A DNA stretch of 64,000 nt, from NCBI GenBank assembly GCA_964016885.1, contig OZ024741.1, positions 208,630,001 to 208,694,000 of the forward strand. The letters run 5' to 3'. The stretch comes from Eledone cirrhosa (taxonomy: Eukaryota). A program made the translations under genes and the position numbers. Under the pieces are notes generated by a model. It had not been told where the DNA came from and did no database searches. It was given only the letters and a program-made list of their open reading frames with translations. Below are positions 1 to 16,380 of this stretch, in pieces. The first letter of the stretch is position 1, and each line of letters begins with the position of its first letter.

Positions 1-1959
1 CATCACCACTATAACCAACACCACCACTTTCCAGAACTACCAGCATCACCACGACCACCATCACCACTACAACCAACACCACCACTTCCCAGAGCTACCA
101 CCATCACCACCACCACCATCAACACCACAACCAGCACCACCACTACCCAGAACTACTACCATCATCACTACAACCAACACCACCACTTCCCAGAACTACC
201 ACCATCACCACTATAACCAACACCACAACTACCCAGAACTGCCACCATCACCACTACAACCAACACCACCACTTCCTAGAACTACCACCATCACCACTAC
301 TACCAACACTACCACTACACAGAACTACCACCATCACCACTACAACCACCACCACCTCTTCCCCGAACTACCACTATCACCACTACAACCAACACCACCA
401 CTTCCCAGAACTACCACCATCACCACTACAACCAACAAGACCACTTCCCAGAAATACCACTATCACCACTACAACCAACACCACCACTTCCCGGAACAAC
501 CACAATCACTACTATAACCAACACCACCACTTCGCCGAACTACCACCATCACCACTACAACCAACAACACAACTACCCAGAACTACCACCATCATCACTA
601 CAACCAACACCACCACTTCCCAGAACTACCACCATCACCACTACAACCAACACCACCACTTCCCAGAACTACCATCATCACCACTACAACCAACACCACC
701 ACTTCCTAGAACTACCACCATCACCGCTACAACCAACACTACCACTACACAGAACTACCACCATCACCACTACATCCACCACCACCACTTCCCAGAATAC
801 CACTATCACCACTACAACCAACACCATCACTTCCCAGAACTACCACCATCACCACTACAACCAACAAGATCACTTCCCAGAGATACCACTATCACCACTA
901 CAACCAACACCACCACTTCCCAAAACTACCACCATCACCACTGCAACCAACAGCACCACCATCATCACTACAACCAACACCACCACTTCCCAGAACTACC
1001 ACCATCACCACTACAACCAACACCACAACTACCCAGAACTACCACCATCATCACTACAACCAACACCACCACTTCCCAGAACAACCACCATCACCACTAC
1101 AAACAACACCACCACTTCCCAGAACTACCACCATCACCACTACAACCAACAACACTACTTCCCAGAACTACCACCATCACCACTACAACCAACAACACTA
1201 CTTCCCAGAACTACCACCATCAACACTACAACCAACAACACCACTACACAGAACTACCACCTTCATCACTACAACCACCACCACCACTTCCCTGGACTAC
1301 CACCATCACCACTACAACCAAGACCACCACTTCCCAGAACAACCACCATCATCACTACAACCACCACCACCACTTCCCAGGACTACCACCATCACCACTA
1401 CAACCAACACCACCACTACCCAGAAATACCACCATCACCACTACAACCAACACCACCACTTCCCAGAACTACCACCATCACCACTACAACCAACACCACC
1501 ACTACCCAGAACAACCACCATCATCACTACAACCAAGACCACCACTTCCCAGAACTACCACCATCACCACTACAACCAACACCACCACTACCCAGAACAA
1601 CCACCATCATCACTACAACCACCACCACCACTTCCCAGAACTACCACCATCACCACTACAACCAATACCACCACTTCCCAGAACTACCACCATCACCACT
1701 ACAACCAAGACCACCACTTCCCAGAACTACCACCATCACCACTTCCCAGAACTACCACCATTACCACTACAACCAACACCACCACTCGCCAGAACTACCA
1801 CCATCACCACTACAACCAATACACAACACTTCCCAGAACAACCACTATCATCACTACAACCAACACCACCACTTCCCAGAACAACCACCATCACCACTAC
1901 AACCAACACACACCACTTCCCAGAACAACCACCATCATCACTACAACCAACACCACCAC

Positions 1960-2400
1960 TTCCCAGAACTACCACCATTACCACTACAACCAACACCACC
2001 ACTTCCCAGAACTACCACCATCACCACTACAACCAACACCAACACAACCCAGAACTACCACCATCACCACTATAAACAACACCACCACTTCCCAGAACTA
2101 CCACCATCACCACTACAACCAATACCACCACTTCCCAGAACAACCACCATCACCACTACAACCAACACCACCACTTCCCAGAACTACCACCATTACCACT
2201 ACAACCAACACCACCACTTCCCAGAACTACCACCATCACCACTACAACCAACACCAACACAACCCAGAACTACCACCATCACCACTATAACCAACACCAC
2301 CACTTCCCAGAACTACCACCATCACCACTACAACCAATACCACCACTTCCCAGAACAACCACCATCACCACTACAACCAACACCACCACTTCCCAGAACT
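1960..2400. repeat. 5-monomer (215-bp) tandem duplication within the array
   Basis: The variant AACACAACCC occurs at 2041 and 2256. The flanking CCATTA, TATAA and CAATACC variants recur at the same 215-bp (5x43) offset. Confidence 0.8.
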
Positions 2401-2459
2401 ACCACCATCACCACTATAACCAACACCACCACTACCCAGAACTACCACCAACACCACTA

Positions 2460-2475
2460 CCCCCCCCCCCCCCCC
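2460..2475 (+). repeat. C16 homopolymer interrupting the array
   Basis: ACTA followed by 16 C then ATCAC. A related C6 run lies at 2571-2576 in the same ACTA-Cn-ATCACCACCACAACC context. Confidence 0.9.
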
Positions 2476-4759
2476 ATCACCACCACAACCAACATCACCA
2501 CTTCCCAGAACTACCAACATCACCACTACAACCAACACCACAACTTCCCAGAACTACCCCATCACCACTACCCCCCATCACCACCACAACCAACACCACC
2601 ACTTCCCAGAACTACCTCTATCACCACCACAACCGACACCACCACTTCCCAGAACTACCACCATCACCACTACAACCAACACCACCACTTCCCAGAACTA
2701 CCACCATCAACACTACAACCAACACCATCACTACACAGAACTACCAACATCACCACTACAACCAACACCACTACTTCCCAGTACTAGTACCATTACCAAT
2801 ACAACCACCACCACCACTTCCCAGAACTACCAACACCACTACTACAATCAACACCACCACTTCCCAGGACAACCACCATCATCACTACAACCAACACCAC
2901 CACTACCCAGAACTACCACCATCACCACTACAACCAACACCAACACTACCCAGAACCACCACCATCACCACTACAACCAACACCACCACTTCCCAGAACT
3001 ACCACCATCACCACTACAACCAAAACCACCACTTCCCAGAACTACCACCATCACCACTACAACCAACACCACCACTTCCCAGAACTACCACCATCACCAC
3101 TACCACCATCACCACTATAACCAACACCACCACTTCCCAGAAATACCAGCATCACCACTACCACCATCACCACTACAACCAACACCACCACTTCCCAGAG
3201 CTACCACCATCACCACCACCACCATCAACACCACAACCAGCACCACCACTACCCAGAACTGCTACCATCATCACTACAACCAACACCACCACTTCCCAGA
3301 ACTACCACCATCACCACTATAACCAACACCACAAATACCCAGAGCTGCCACCATCACCACTACAACCAACACCACCACTTCCTAGAACTACCACCATCAC
3401 CACTACTACCAACACTACCACTACACAGAACTACCACCATCACCACTACAACCACCACCACCTCTTCCCAGAACTACCACTATCACCACTACAACCAACA
3501 CCACCACTTCCCAGAACTACCACCATCACCACTACAACCAACAAGACCACTTCCCAGAAATACCACTATCACCACTACAACCAACACCACCACTTCCCGG
3601 AACAACCACAATCACTACTATAACCAACACCACCACTTCGCCGACCTACCACCATCACCACTACAACCAACACCACAACTACCCAGAACTACCACCATCA
3701 TCACTACAGCCAACACCACCACTTCCCAGAACTACCACCATCACCACTACAACCAACACCACCACTTCCCAGAATACCACCATCACCACTACAACCAAAA
3801 CCACCATTTCCCAGAACTACCACCAACACCACTACAACCAACACCACCACTACCCAGAACAACAACCATCAACAATACAACTAGCACCACCACTTCGTGG
3901 AACAACAACCATCACTACTGTAACCAACACCACCACTACCCGGAAATACCACCATCATCACTACAACCAACACCACCACTTCCCAGAACTACCACCATCA
4001 CCACTACAACCAACACCACCACTTCCCAGAACTACCACCATCACCACTACAACCAACACCACCACTTCCTAGAACTACCACCATCACCACTACAACCAAC
4101 ACTACCACTACACAGAACTACCACCATCACCACTACATCCACCACCACCACTTCCCAGAACTACCACTATCACCACTACAACCAACACCACCACTTCCCA
4201 GAACTACCACCATCACCACTACAACCAACAAGACCACTTCCCAGAGATACCACTATCACCACTACAACCAACACCACCACTTCCCAAAACTACCACCATC
4301 ACCACTGCAACCAACAGCACCACCATCATCACTACAACCAACACCACCACTTCCCAGAACTACCACCATCACCACTACAACCAACACCACAACTACCCAG
4401 AACTACCACCATCATCACTGCAACCAACACCACCACTTCCCAGAACAACCACCATCAGCACTACAACCAACAGCACCACTACCCAGAACTACCACCATCA
4501 CCACTACAACCAACACCACCACTTCCCAGAACTACCACCATCAACACTACAACCAACAACACCACTACACAGAACTACCACCATCACCACTACAACCAAC
4601 ACCACCACTTCCCAGAACTACCACTATCACCACTACAACCAACACCACCACTACCCAGAACTACCACCATCACCACTACAACCAACACCACCACTTCCCA
4701 GGACAACCACCATCATCACTGCAACCAACACCACCACTTCCCAGAACTACCACCATCAT

Positions 4760-6049
4760 CACTACAACCAACACCACCACTACCCAGAACTACCACCATC
4801 ACCACTACAACCAACACCACCACTTCCCAGAATTACCACCATCACCTCTACAACCAACACCAGCACTCGCCAGAACAACCACCATCATCACTACAACCAA
4901 CACCACCACTTCCCAGAACTACCACCATCACCACTACAACCAAAACCACCACTTCCCAGAACTACCAGCATCACCACTACCACCTTCACCACTTCAACCA
5001 ACACCACCACTTCCCAGAACTACCACCATCACCACCACAACCAGCACCACCACTACCCAGACCTACCACTATCACCACTACAACCAACACCACAACTACC
5101 CAGAACTGCCACCATCACCACTACAACCAACACCACCACTACCCAGAACTACCAGCATCACCACTACCACCATCACCACTACAACCAACACCACCACTTC
5201 CCAGAACTACCACCATCATTACTACAACCAATACCACCACTTCCTAGAACTACCACCATCACCACTACAACCAACACTACCACTACACAGAACTACCAAC
5301 ATCACCACTACAACCACCACCACCACTTCCCAGAACTACCACTATCACCACTACAACCAACACCACCACTTCCCAGAACTACCACCATCACCACTACAAC
5401 CAACACCACCACTACCCAGAACTACCACCATCACCACTACAACCAACACCACCACTTCCCAGAATTACCACCATCACCTCTACAACCAACACCAGCACTC
5501 GCCAGAACAACCACCATCATCACTACAACCAACACCACCACTTCCCAGAACTACCACCATCACCACTACAACCAAAACCACCACTTCCCAGAACTACCAG
5601 CATCACCACTACCACCTTCACCACTTCAACCAACACCACCACTTCCCAGAACTACCACCATCACCACCACAACCAGCACCACCACTACCCAGAACTACCA
5701 CTATCACCACTACAACCAACACCACAACTACCCAGAACTGCCACCATCACCACTACAACCAACACCACCACTACCCAGAACTACCAGCATCACCACTACC
5801 ACCATCACCACTACAACCAACACCACCACTTCCCAGAACTACCACCATCATTACTACAACCAATACCACCACTTCCTAGAACTACCACCATCACCACTAC
5901 AACCAACACTACCACTACACAGAACTACCAACATCACCACTACAACCACCACCACCACTTCCCAGAACTACCACTATCACCACTACAACCAACACCACCA
6001 CTTCCCAGAACTACCACCATCACCACTACAACCAACACCACCACTACCC
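4760..6049. repeat. 632-bp higher-order tandem duplication (2 copies)
   Basis: GAATTACC at 4830/5462 and TTCCTAG at 5241/5873, both at offset 632. Confidence 0.9.
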
Positions 6050-7017
6050 TGATCTACCACCATCACCACTACAACCACCACCACCACTTCCCAGAACTAC
6101 CACTATCACCACTACAACCAACACCACCACTTCCCAGAACTACCACGATCACCACTACAACCAACACCACCACTACCCAGAACTACCACCATCACCACTA
6201 CAACCAACACCACCACTTCCCAGAACTACCACCATCACCACTACAACCAACACCACCACTACCCAGATCTACCACCATCACCACTACAACCACCACAACC
6301 ACTTCCCAGAACTACCACTATCACCACTACAACAAACACCACCACTTCCCAGAACTACCACCATCACCACTGCAATCAACACCACCACTTCCCAGAACTA
6401 CCACCATCACCACTACAACCAACACCACCACTTCCCAGAACTACCACCATCACCACTACAACCAACACCACCACTTCCCAGAACCACCACCATCACCACT
6501 ACAACCAACACCACCACTTCCCAGAACTACCACCATCACCACTACAACCAACACCACCACTACCCAGAACTACCAGCATCACCACTACCACCATCACCAC
6601 TACAACCAACACCACCACTTCCCAGAACTACCACCATCATTACTACAACCAATACCACCACTTCCTAGAACTACCACCATCACCACTACAACCAACACTA
6701 CCACTACACAGAACTACCAACATCACCACTACAACCACCACCACCACTTCCCAGAACTACCACTATCACCACTACAACCAACACCACCACTTCCCAGAAC
6801 TACCACCATCACCACTACAACCAACACCACCACTACCCAGAACTACCACCATCACCACAACAACCAACACCACCACTTCCCAGAACTGCCACCATCACCA
6901 CTACAACCAACACCACCACTTCCCAGAACTACCACCATCACCACTACAACCAACAACTCCACTTCGCAGAACTACCACCATCACCACTACAACCAACACT
7001 ACCACTACACAGAACTA

Positions 7018-10000
7018 CCACCATCACCACTACAACCAACACCACCACTTCCCAGAACTACCACCATCACCACTGCAACCAACACCACCACTTCCCAGAA
7101 CTACCACCATCACCACTACAACCAACACCACCACTTCCTAGAACTACCACCATCACCACTACAACCAACACCACCACTTCCCAGAACTACCACCATCACC
7201 ACTACAACCAACACTACCACTACACAGAACTACCACCATCACCACTACAACCAACACCACCACTTCCCACACCTGCCACCATTACCACTACAACCAACCC
7301 CACCACTTCCCAGAACTACCACCATCACCACTACAACCAACAACTCCACTTCGCAAAACTACCACCATCACCACTACAACCAACACTACCTCTACACAGA
7401 ACAACCACCATCACCACTACAACCACCACCACCACTTCCCAGAACTACCACTATCACCACTACAACCAACACCACCACTTCCCAGAACTACAACCAACAC
7501 CACCACTACCCAGATCTACCACCATCACCACTACAACCACCAACACCACTTCCCGGAACTACCACTATCACCACTACAACCAACACCACCACTTCCCAGA
7601 ACTACCACCATCATCACTATAACCAACACCACCACTTCCCAGAACTACCACCATCAAAACTACAACCACCATCACCACTACAAACAACACCACCACTTCC
7701 CAGAACTGCCACCATCACCACTACAACCAACACCACCACTACCCAGATCTACCACCATCACCACTACAACTACCACCACCACTTCCCAGAACTACCACCA
7801 TCACCACCACCACCATCAACACCACAACCAGCACCACCACTTCCCAGAACTACTACCATCATCACTACAACCAACACCACCACTTCCCAGAACTACCACC
7901 ATCACCACTATAACCAACACCACAACTACCCAGAACTACCACCATCACCACTACAACCAATACCACCACTACCCAGAACTACCACCATCACCGCTACAAC
8001 CACCACCACCACTTCCCAGAACCACCACTATCACCACTACAACCAACACCACCACTTCCCAGAACTACCACCATCACCACTACAACCACCACGACCACTA
8101 CCCAGAACTACCACCATCACCGCTACAACCACCACCACCACTTCCCAGAACTACCACCATCACCACTACAACTACCACCACCACTTCCCAGAACTACCAC
8201 CATCATCACTACAACCAACACCACCACTACCCAGATCTACCACCATCACCACTACAACCACCACCACCACCACTTCCCAGAACTAACACTATCACCACTA
8301 CAACCAACACCACCACTTCCCAGAACTACCACCATCACCACTACTACCAACACCACCACTACCCAGATCTACCACCATCACCACTACAACCACCACCACC
8401 ACTTCCCAGAACTACCACTATCACCACTACAACCAACACCACCACTTCCCAGAACTACCACCATCACCACTACAACCAACACCACCACTACCCAGAACTA
8501 CCACCATCACCAATACAACCACCACCACCACTTCCCAGAACTACCACCATCACCACTACAATCAACACCACCACTTCCCAGGACAACCACCATCATCACT
8601 ACAACCAACACCACCACTTCCCAGAACTACCACCATCATCACTACAACCAACACCACCACTACCCAGAACTACCACCATCACCACTACAACCAACACCAC
8701 CACTTCCCAGAATTACCACCATCACCTCTACAACCAACACCAGCACTCGGCAGAACAACCACCATCATCACTACAACCAACACCACCACTTCCCAGAACT
8801 ACCACCATCACCACTACAACCAAAACCACCACTTCCCAGAACTACCAGCATCACCACTACCACCTTCACCACTTCAACCAACACCACCACTTCCCAGAAC
8901 TACCACCATCACCACCACAACCAGCACCACCACTACCCAGAACTACTACCATCATCACTACAACCAACACCACCACTTCCCAGAACTACCACCATCACCA
9001 CCACTACCCAGAACTACCACTATCACCACTACAACCAACACCACCACTACCCAGAACTACCACCATCACCACTACAACCAACACCACCACTTCCCAGAAT
9101 TTCCACCATCACCTCTACAACCAACACCAGCACTCGGCAGAACAACCACCATCATCACTACAACCAACACCACCACTTCCCAGAACTACCACCATCACCA
9201 CTACAACCAAAACCACCACTTCCCAGAACTACCAGCATCACCACTACCACCTTCACCACTTCAACCAACACCACCACTTCCCAGAACTACCACCATCACC
9301 ACCACAACCAGCACCACCACTACCCAGAACTACCACCATCACCACTACAACCAATACCACCACTTCCCAGAACTACCACCATCACCACCACCACCATCAA
9401 CACCACAACCAGCACCACCACTACCCAGAACTACTACCATCATCACTACAAGCAACACCACCACTTCCTAGAACTACCACCATCACCACTACAACCAACA
9501 CTACCACTACACAGAACTACCACCATCACCACTACAACCACCACCACCACATCCCAGAACTACCACTATCACCACCACAACCAACACCACCACTTCCCAG
9601 AACTACCACCATCACCACTACAACCAACACCACCACTACCCAGATCTACCACCATCACCACTACAACCACCACCACCACTTCCCAGAACTAGCACTATCA
9701 CCACTACAACCAACACCACCACTTCCCAGAACTACCACGATCACCACTACAACCAACACCACCACTACCCAGAACTACCACCATCACCACTACAACCAAC
9801 ACCACCACTTCCCAGAACTACCACCATCACCACTACAACCAACACCACCACTACCCAGATCTACCACCATCACCACTACAACCACCACAACCACTTCCCA
9901 GAACTACCACTATCACCACTACAACCAACACCACCACTTCCCAGAACTACCACCATCACCACTGCAATCAACACCACCACATCCCAGAACTGCCACCATC

Positions 10001-13000
10001 ACCACTACAACCAACACCACCACTTCCCAGAACTACCACCATCACCACTGCAACCAACACCACCACTTCCCAGAACTACCACCATCACCACTACAACCAA
10101 CACCACCACTTCCTAGAACTACCACCATCACCACTACAACCAACACCACCACTTCCCAGAACTACCACCATCACCACTACAACCAACACTACCACTACAC
10201 AGAACTACCACCATCACCACTACAACCAACACCACCACTTCCCACACCTGCCACCATTACCACTACAACCAACCCCACCACTTCCCAGAACTACCACCAT
10301 CACCACTACAACCAACAACTCCACTTCGCAAAACTACCACCATCACCACTACAACCAACACTACCTCTACACAGAACAACCACCATCACCACTACAACCA
10401 CCACCACCACTTCCCAGAACTACCACTATCACCACTACAACCAACACCACCACTTCCCAGAACTACAACCAACACCACCACTACCCAGATCTACCACCAT
10501 CACCACTACAACCACCAACACCACTTCCCGGAACTACCACTATCACCACTACAACCAACACCACCACTTCCCAGAACTACCACCATCATCACTATAACCA
10601 ACACCACCACTTCCCAGAACTACCACCATCAAAACTACAACCACCATCACCACTACAAACAACACCACCACTTCCCAGAACTGCCACCATCACCACTACA
10701 ACCAACACCACCACTACCCAGATCTACCACCATCACCACTACAACTACCACCACCACTTCCCAGAACTACCACCATCACCACCACCACCATCAACACCAC
10801 AACCAGCACCACCACTTCCCAGAACTACTACCATCATCACTACAACCAACACCACCACTTCCCAGAACTACCACCATCACCACTATAACCAACACCACAA
10901 CTACCCAGAACTACCACCATCACCACTACAACCAACACCACCACTACCCAGAACTACCACCATCACCGCTACAACCACCACCACCACTTCCCAGAACCAC
11001 CACTATCACCACTACAACCAACACCACCACTTCCCAGAACTACCACCATCACCACTACAACCACCACGACCACTACCCAGAACTACCACCATCACCGCTA
11101 CAACCACCACCACCACTTCCCAGAACTACCACCATCACCACTACAACTACCACCACCACTTCCCAGAACTACCACCATCATCACTACAACCAACACCACC
11201 ACTACCCAGATCTACCACCATCACCACTACAACCACCACCACCACCACTTCCCAGAACTAACACTATCACCACTACAACCAACACCACCACTTCCCAGAA
11301 CTACCACCATCACCACTACTACCAACACCACCACTACCCAGATCTACCACCATCACCACTACAACCACCACCACCACTTCCCAGAACTACCACTATCACC
11401 ACTACAACCAACACCACCACTTCCCAGAACTACCACCATCACCACTACAACCAACACCACCACTACCCAGAACTACCACCATCACCAATACAACCACCAC
11501 CACCACTTCCCAGAACTACCACCATCACCACTACAATCAACACCACCACTTCCCAGGACAACCACCATCATCACTACAACCAACACCACCACTTCCCAGA
11601 ACTACCACCATCATCACTACAACCAACACCACCACTACCCAGAACTACCACCATCACCACTACAACCAACACCACCACTTCCCAGAATTACCACCATCAC
11701 CTCTACAACCAACACCAGCACTCGGCAGAACAACCACCATCATCACTACAACCAACACCACCACTTCCCAGAACTACCACCATCACCACTACAACCAAAA
11801 CCACCACTTCCCAGAACTACCAGCATCACCACTACCACCTTCACCACTTCAACCAACACCACCACTTCCCAGAACTACCACCATCACCACCACAACCAGC
11901 ACCACCACTACCCAGAACTACTACCATCATCACTACAACCAACACCACCACTTCCCAGAACTACCACCATCACCACCACTACCCAGAACTACCACTATCA
12001 CCACTACAACCAACACCACCACTACCCAGAACTACCACCATCACCACTACAACCAACACCACCACTTCCCAGAATTTCCACCATCACCTCTACAACCAAC
12101 ACCAGCACTCGGCAGAACAACCACCATCATCACTACAACCAACACCACCACTTCCCAGAACTACCACCATCACCACTACAACCAAAACCACCACTTCCCA
12201 GAACTACCAGCATCACCACTACCACCTTCACCACTTCAACCAACACCACCACTTCCCAGAACTACCACCATCACCACCACAACCAGCACCACCACTACCC
12301 AGAACTACCACCATCACCACTACAACCAATACCACCACTTCCCAGAACTACCACCATCACCACCACCACCATCAACACCACAACCAGCACCACCACTACC
12401 CAGAACTACTACCATCATCACTACAAGCAACACCACCACTTCCTAGAACTACCACCATCACCACTACAACCAACACTACCACTACACAGAACTACCACCA
12501 TCACCACTACAACCACCACCACCACATCCCAGAACTACCACTATCACCACCACAACCAACACCACCACTTCCCAGAACTACCACCATCACCACTACAACC
12601 AACACCACCACTACCCAGATCTACCACCATCACCACTACAACCACCACCACCACTTCCCAGAACTAGCACTATCACCACTACAACCAACACCACCACTTC
12701 CCAGAACTACCACGATCACCACTACAACCAACACCACCACTACCCAGAACTACCACCATCACCACTACAACCAACACCACCACTTCCCAGAACTACCACC
12801 ATCACCACTACAACCAACACCACCACTACCCAGATCTACCACCATCACCACTACAACCACCACAACCACTTCCCAGAACTACCACTATCACCACTACAAC
12901 CAACACCACCACTTCCCAGAACTACCACCATCACCACTGCAATCAACACCACCACATCCCAGAACTGCCACCATCACCACTACAACCAACACCACCACTT

Positions 13001-13020
13001 CCCAGAACTACCACCATCAC
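7018..13020. repeat. 2975-bp higher-order tandem duplication (2 near-identical copies)
   Basis: CCCACACCTG 7266/10241, AACTAACACT 8281/11256, AGAATTTCC 9096/12071 and ACTGCAATC 9961/12936, all at offset 2975. Confidence 0.92.
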
Positions 13021-13859
13021 CACTACAACCAACAACTCCACTTCGAAGAACTACCACCATCACCACTACAACCAACACCACCACTTCCCAGAACTACCAC
13101 CATCACCAATACAACCAACACTACCACTACACAGAACTACCACCATCACCACTACAACCAACACCACCACTTCCCAGAACTGCCACCATCACCACTACAA
13201 CCAACACCACCACTTCCCAGAACTACCACCATCACCACTACAACCAACAACTCCACTTCGCAGAACTACCACCATCACCACTACAACCAACACTACCACT
13301 ACACAGAAATACCACCATCACCACTACATCCACCACCACCACTTCCCAGAACTACCACTATCACCACTACAACCAACACCACCACTTCCCAGAACTACAA
13401 CCAACACCACCACTACCCAGATCTACCACCATCACCACTACAACCAACACCACCACTTCCCAGAACTACCACTATCACCACTACAACCAACACCACCACT
13501 TCCCAGAACTACCACCATCATCACTATAACCAACACCACCACTTCCCAGAACTACCACCATCAACACTACAACCACCATCACCACTACAACCAACACCAC
13601 CACTACCCAGATCTACCACCATCACCACTACAACCACCACAACCACTTCCCAGAACTACCACTATCACCACTACAACAAACACCACCACTTCCCAGAACT
13701 ACCACCATCACCACTGCAATCAACACCACCACTTCCCAGAACTACCACCATCACCACTACAACCAACACCACCACTTCCCAGAACTACCACCATCACCAC
13801 TACAACCAACACCATCACTTCCCAGAACCACCACCATCACCACTACAACCAACACCACC

Positions 13860-16380
13860 ACTTCCTAGAACTACCACCATCACCACTACAACCAACACTA
13901 CCACTACACAGAACTACCACCATCACCACTACATCCACCACCACCACTTCCCAGAACTACCACTATCACCACTACAACCAACACCACCACTTCCAGAACT
14001 ACCACCATCACCACTACAACCAACAAGACCACTTCCCAGAGATACCACTATCACCACTACAACCAACACCACCACTTCCCAAAACTACCACCATCACCAC
14101 TGCAACCAACAGCACCACCATCATCACTACAACCAACACCACCACTTCCCAGAACTACCACCATCACCACTACAACCAACACCACAACTACCCAGAACTA
14201 CCACCATCATCACTGCAACCAACACCACCACTTCCCAGAACAACCACCATCAGCACTACAACCAACAGCACCACTACCCAGAACTACCACCATCACCACT
14301 ACAACCAACACCACCACTTCCCAGAACTACCACCATCAACACTACAACCAACAACACCACTACACAGAACTACCACCATCACCACTACAACCAACACCAC
14401 CACTTCCCAGAACTACCACTATCACCACTACAACCAACACCACCACTACCCAGAACTACCACCATCACCAATACAACCACCACCACCACTTCCCAGAACT
14501 ACCACCATCACCACTACAATCAACACCACCACTTCCCAGGACAACCACCATCATCACTACAACCAACACCACCACTTCCCAGAACTACCACCATCATCAC
14601 TACAACCAACACCACCACTACCCAGAACTACCACCATCACCACTACAACCAACACCACCACTTCCCAGAATTACCACCATCACCTCTACAACCAACACCA
14701 GCACTCGCCAGAACAACCACCATCATCACTACAACCAACACCACCACTTCCCAGAACTACCACCATCACCACTACAACCAAAACCACCACTTCCCAGAAC
14801 TACCAGCATCACCACTACCACCTTCACCACTTCAACCAACACCACCACTTCCCAGAACTACCACCATCACCACCACAACCAGCACCACCACTACCCAGAA
14901 CTACCACTATCACCACTACAACCAACACCACAACTACCCAGAACTGCCACCATCACCACTACAACCAACACCACCACTACCCAGAACTACCAGCATCACC
15001 ACTACCACCATCACCACTACAACCAACACCACCACTTCCCAGAACTACCACCATCATTACTACAACCAATACCACCACTTCCTAGAACTACCACCATCAC
15101 CACTACAACCAACACTACCACTACACAGAACTACCAACATCACCACTACAACCACCACCACCACTTCCCAGAACTACCACTATCACCACTACAACCAACA
15201 CCACCACTTCCCAGAACTACCACCATCACTACTACAACCAACACCACCACTACCCAGAACTACCACCATCACCACTACAACCAACACCACCACTTCCCAG
15301 AATTACCACCATCACCTCTACAACCAACACCAGCACTCGCCAGAACAACCACCATCATCACTACAACCAACACCACCACTTCCCAGAACTACCACCATCA
15401 CCACTACAACCAAAACCACCACTTCCCAGAACTACCAGCATCACCACTACCACCTTCACCACTTCAACCAACACCACCACTTCCCAGAACTACCACCATC
15501 ACCACCACAACCAGCACCACCACTACCCAGAACTACCACTATCACCACTACAACCAACACCACAACTACCCAGAACTGCCACCATCACCACTACAACCAA
15601 CACCACCACTACCCAGAACTACCAGCATCACCACTACCACCATCACCACTACAACCAACACCACCACTTCCCAGAACTACCACCATCATTACTACAACCA
15701 ATACCACCACTTCCTAGAACTACCACCATCACCACTACAACCAACACTACCACTACACAGAACTACCAACATCACCACTACAACCACCACCACCACTTCC
15801 CAGAACTACCACTATCACCACTACAACCAACACCACCACTTCCCAGAACTACCACCATCACCACTACAACCAACACCACCACTACCCTGATCTACCACCA
15901 TCACCACTACAACCACCACCACCACTTCCCAGAACTACCACTATCACCACTACAACCAACACCACCACTTCCCAGAACTACCACGATCACCACTACAACC
16001 AACACCACCACTACCCAGAACTACCACCATCACCACTACAACCAACACCACCACTTCCCAGAACTACCACCATCACCACTACAACCAACACCACCACTAC
16101 CCAGATCTACCACCATCACCACTACAACCACCACAACCACTTCCCAGAACTACCACTATCACCACTACAACAAACACCACCACTTCCCAGAACTACCACC
16201 ATCACCACTGCAATCAACACCACCACTTCCCAGAACTACCACCATCACCACTACAACCAACACCACCACTTCCCAGAACTACCACCATCACCACTACAAC
16301 CAACACCACCACTTCCCAGAACCACCACCATCACCACTACAACCAACACCACCACTTCCCAGAACTACCACCATCACCAC
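13860..16380. repeat. Dispersed copy of block about 4070-6540, including its own internal 632-bp duplication
   Basis: CCAGAGATAC 4241/14036 and TACCCTGATC 6045/15883. GAATTACC at 14668/15300 is again 632 apart. Confidence 0.85.

Noticed and set aside
1736-2002. 88-aa minus-strand Val/Gly/Cys ORF resembling a membrane peptide
   Set aside because: It is the reverse complement of the repeat, extended past the usual TAG only by local small indels.
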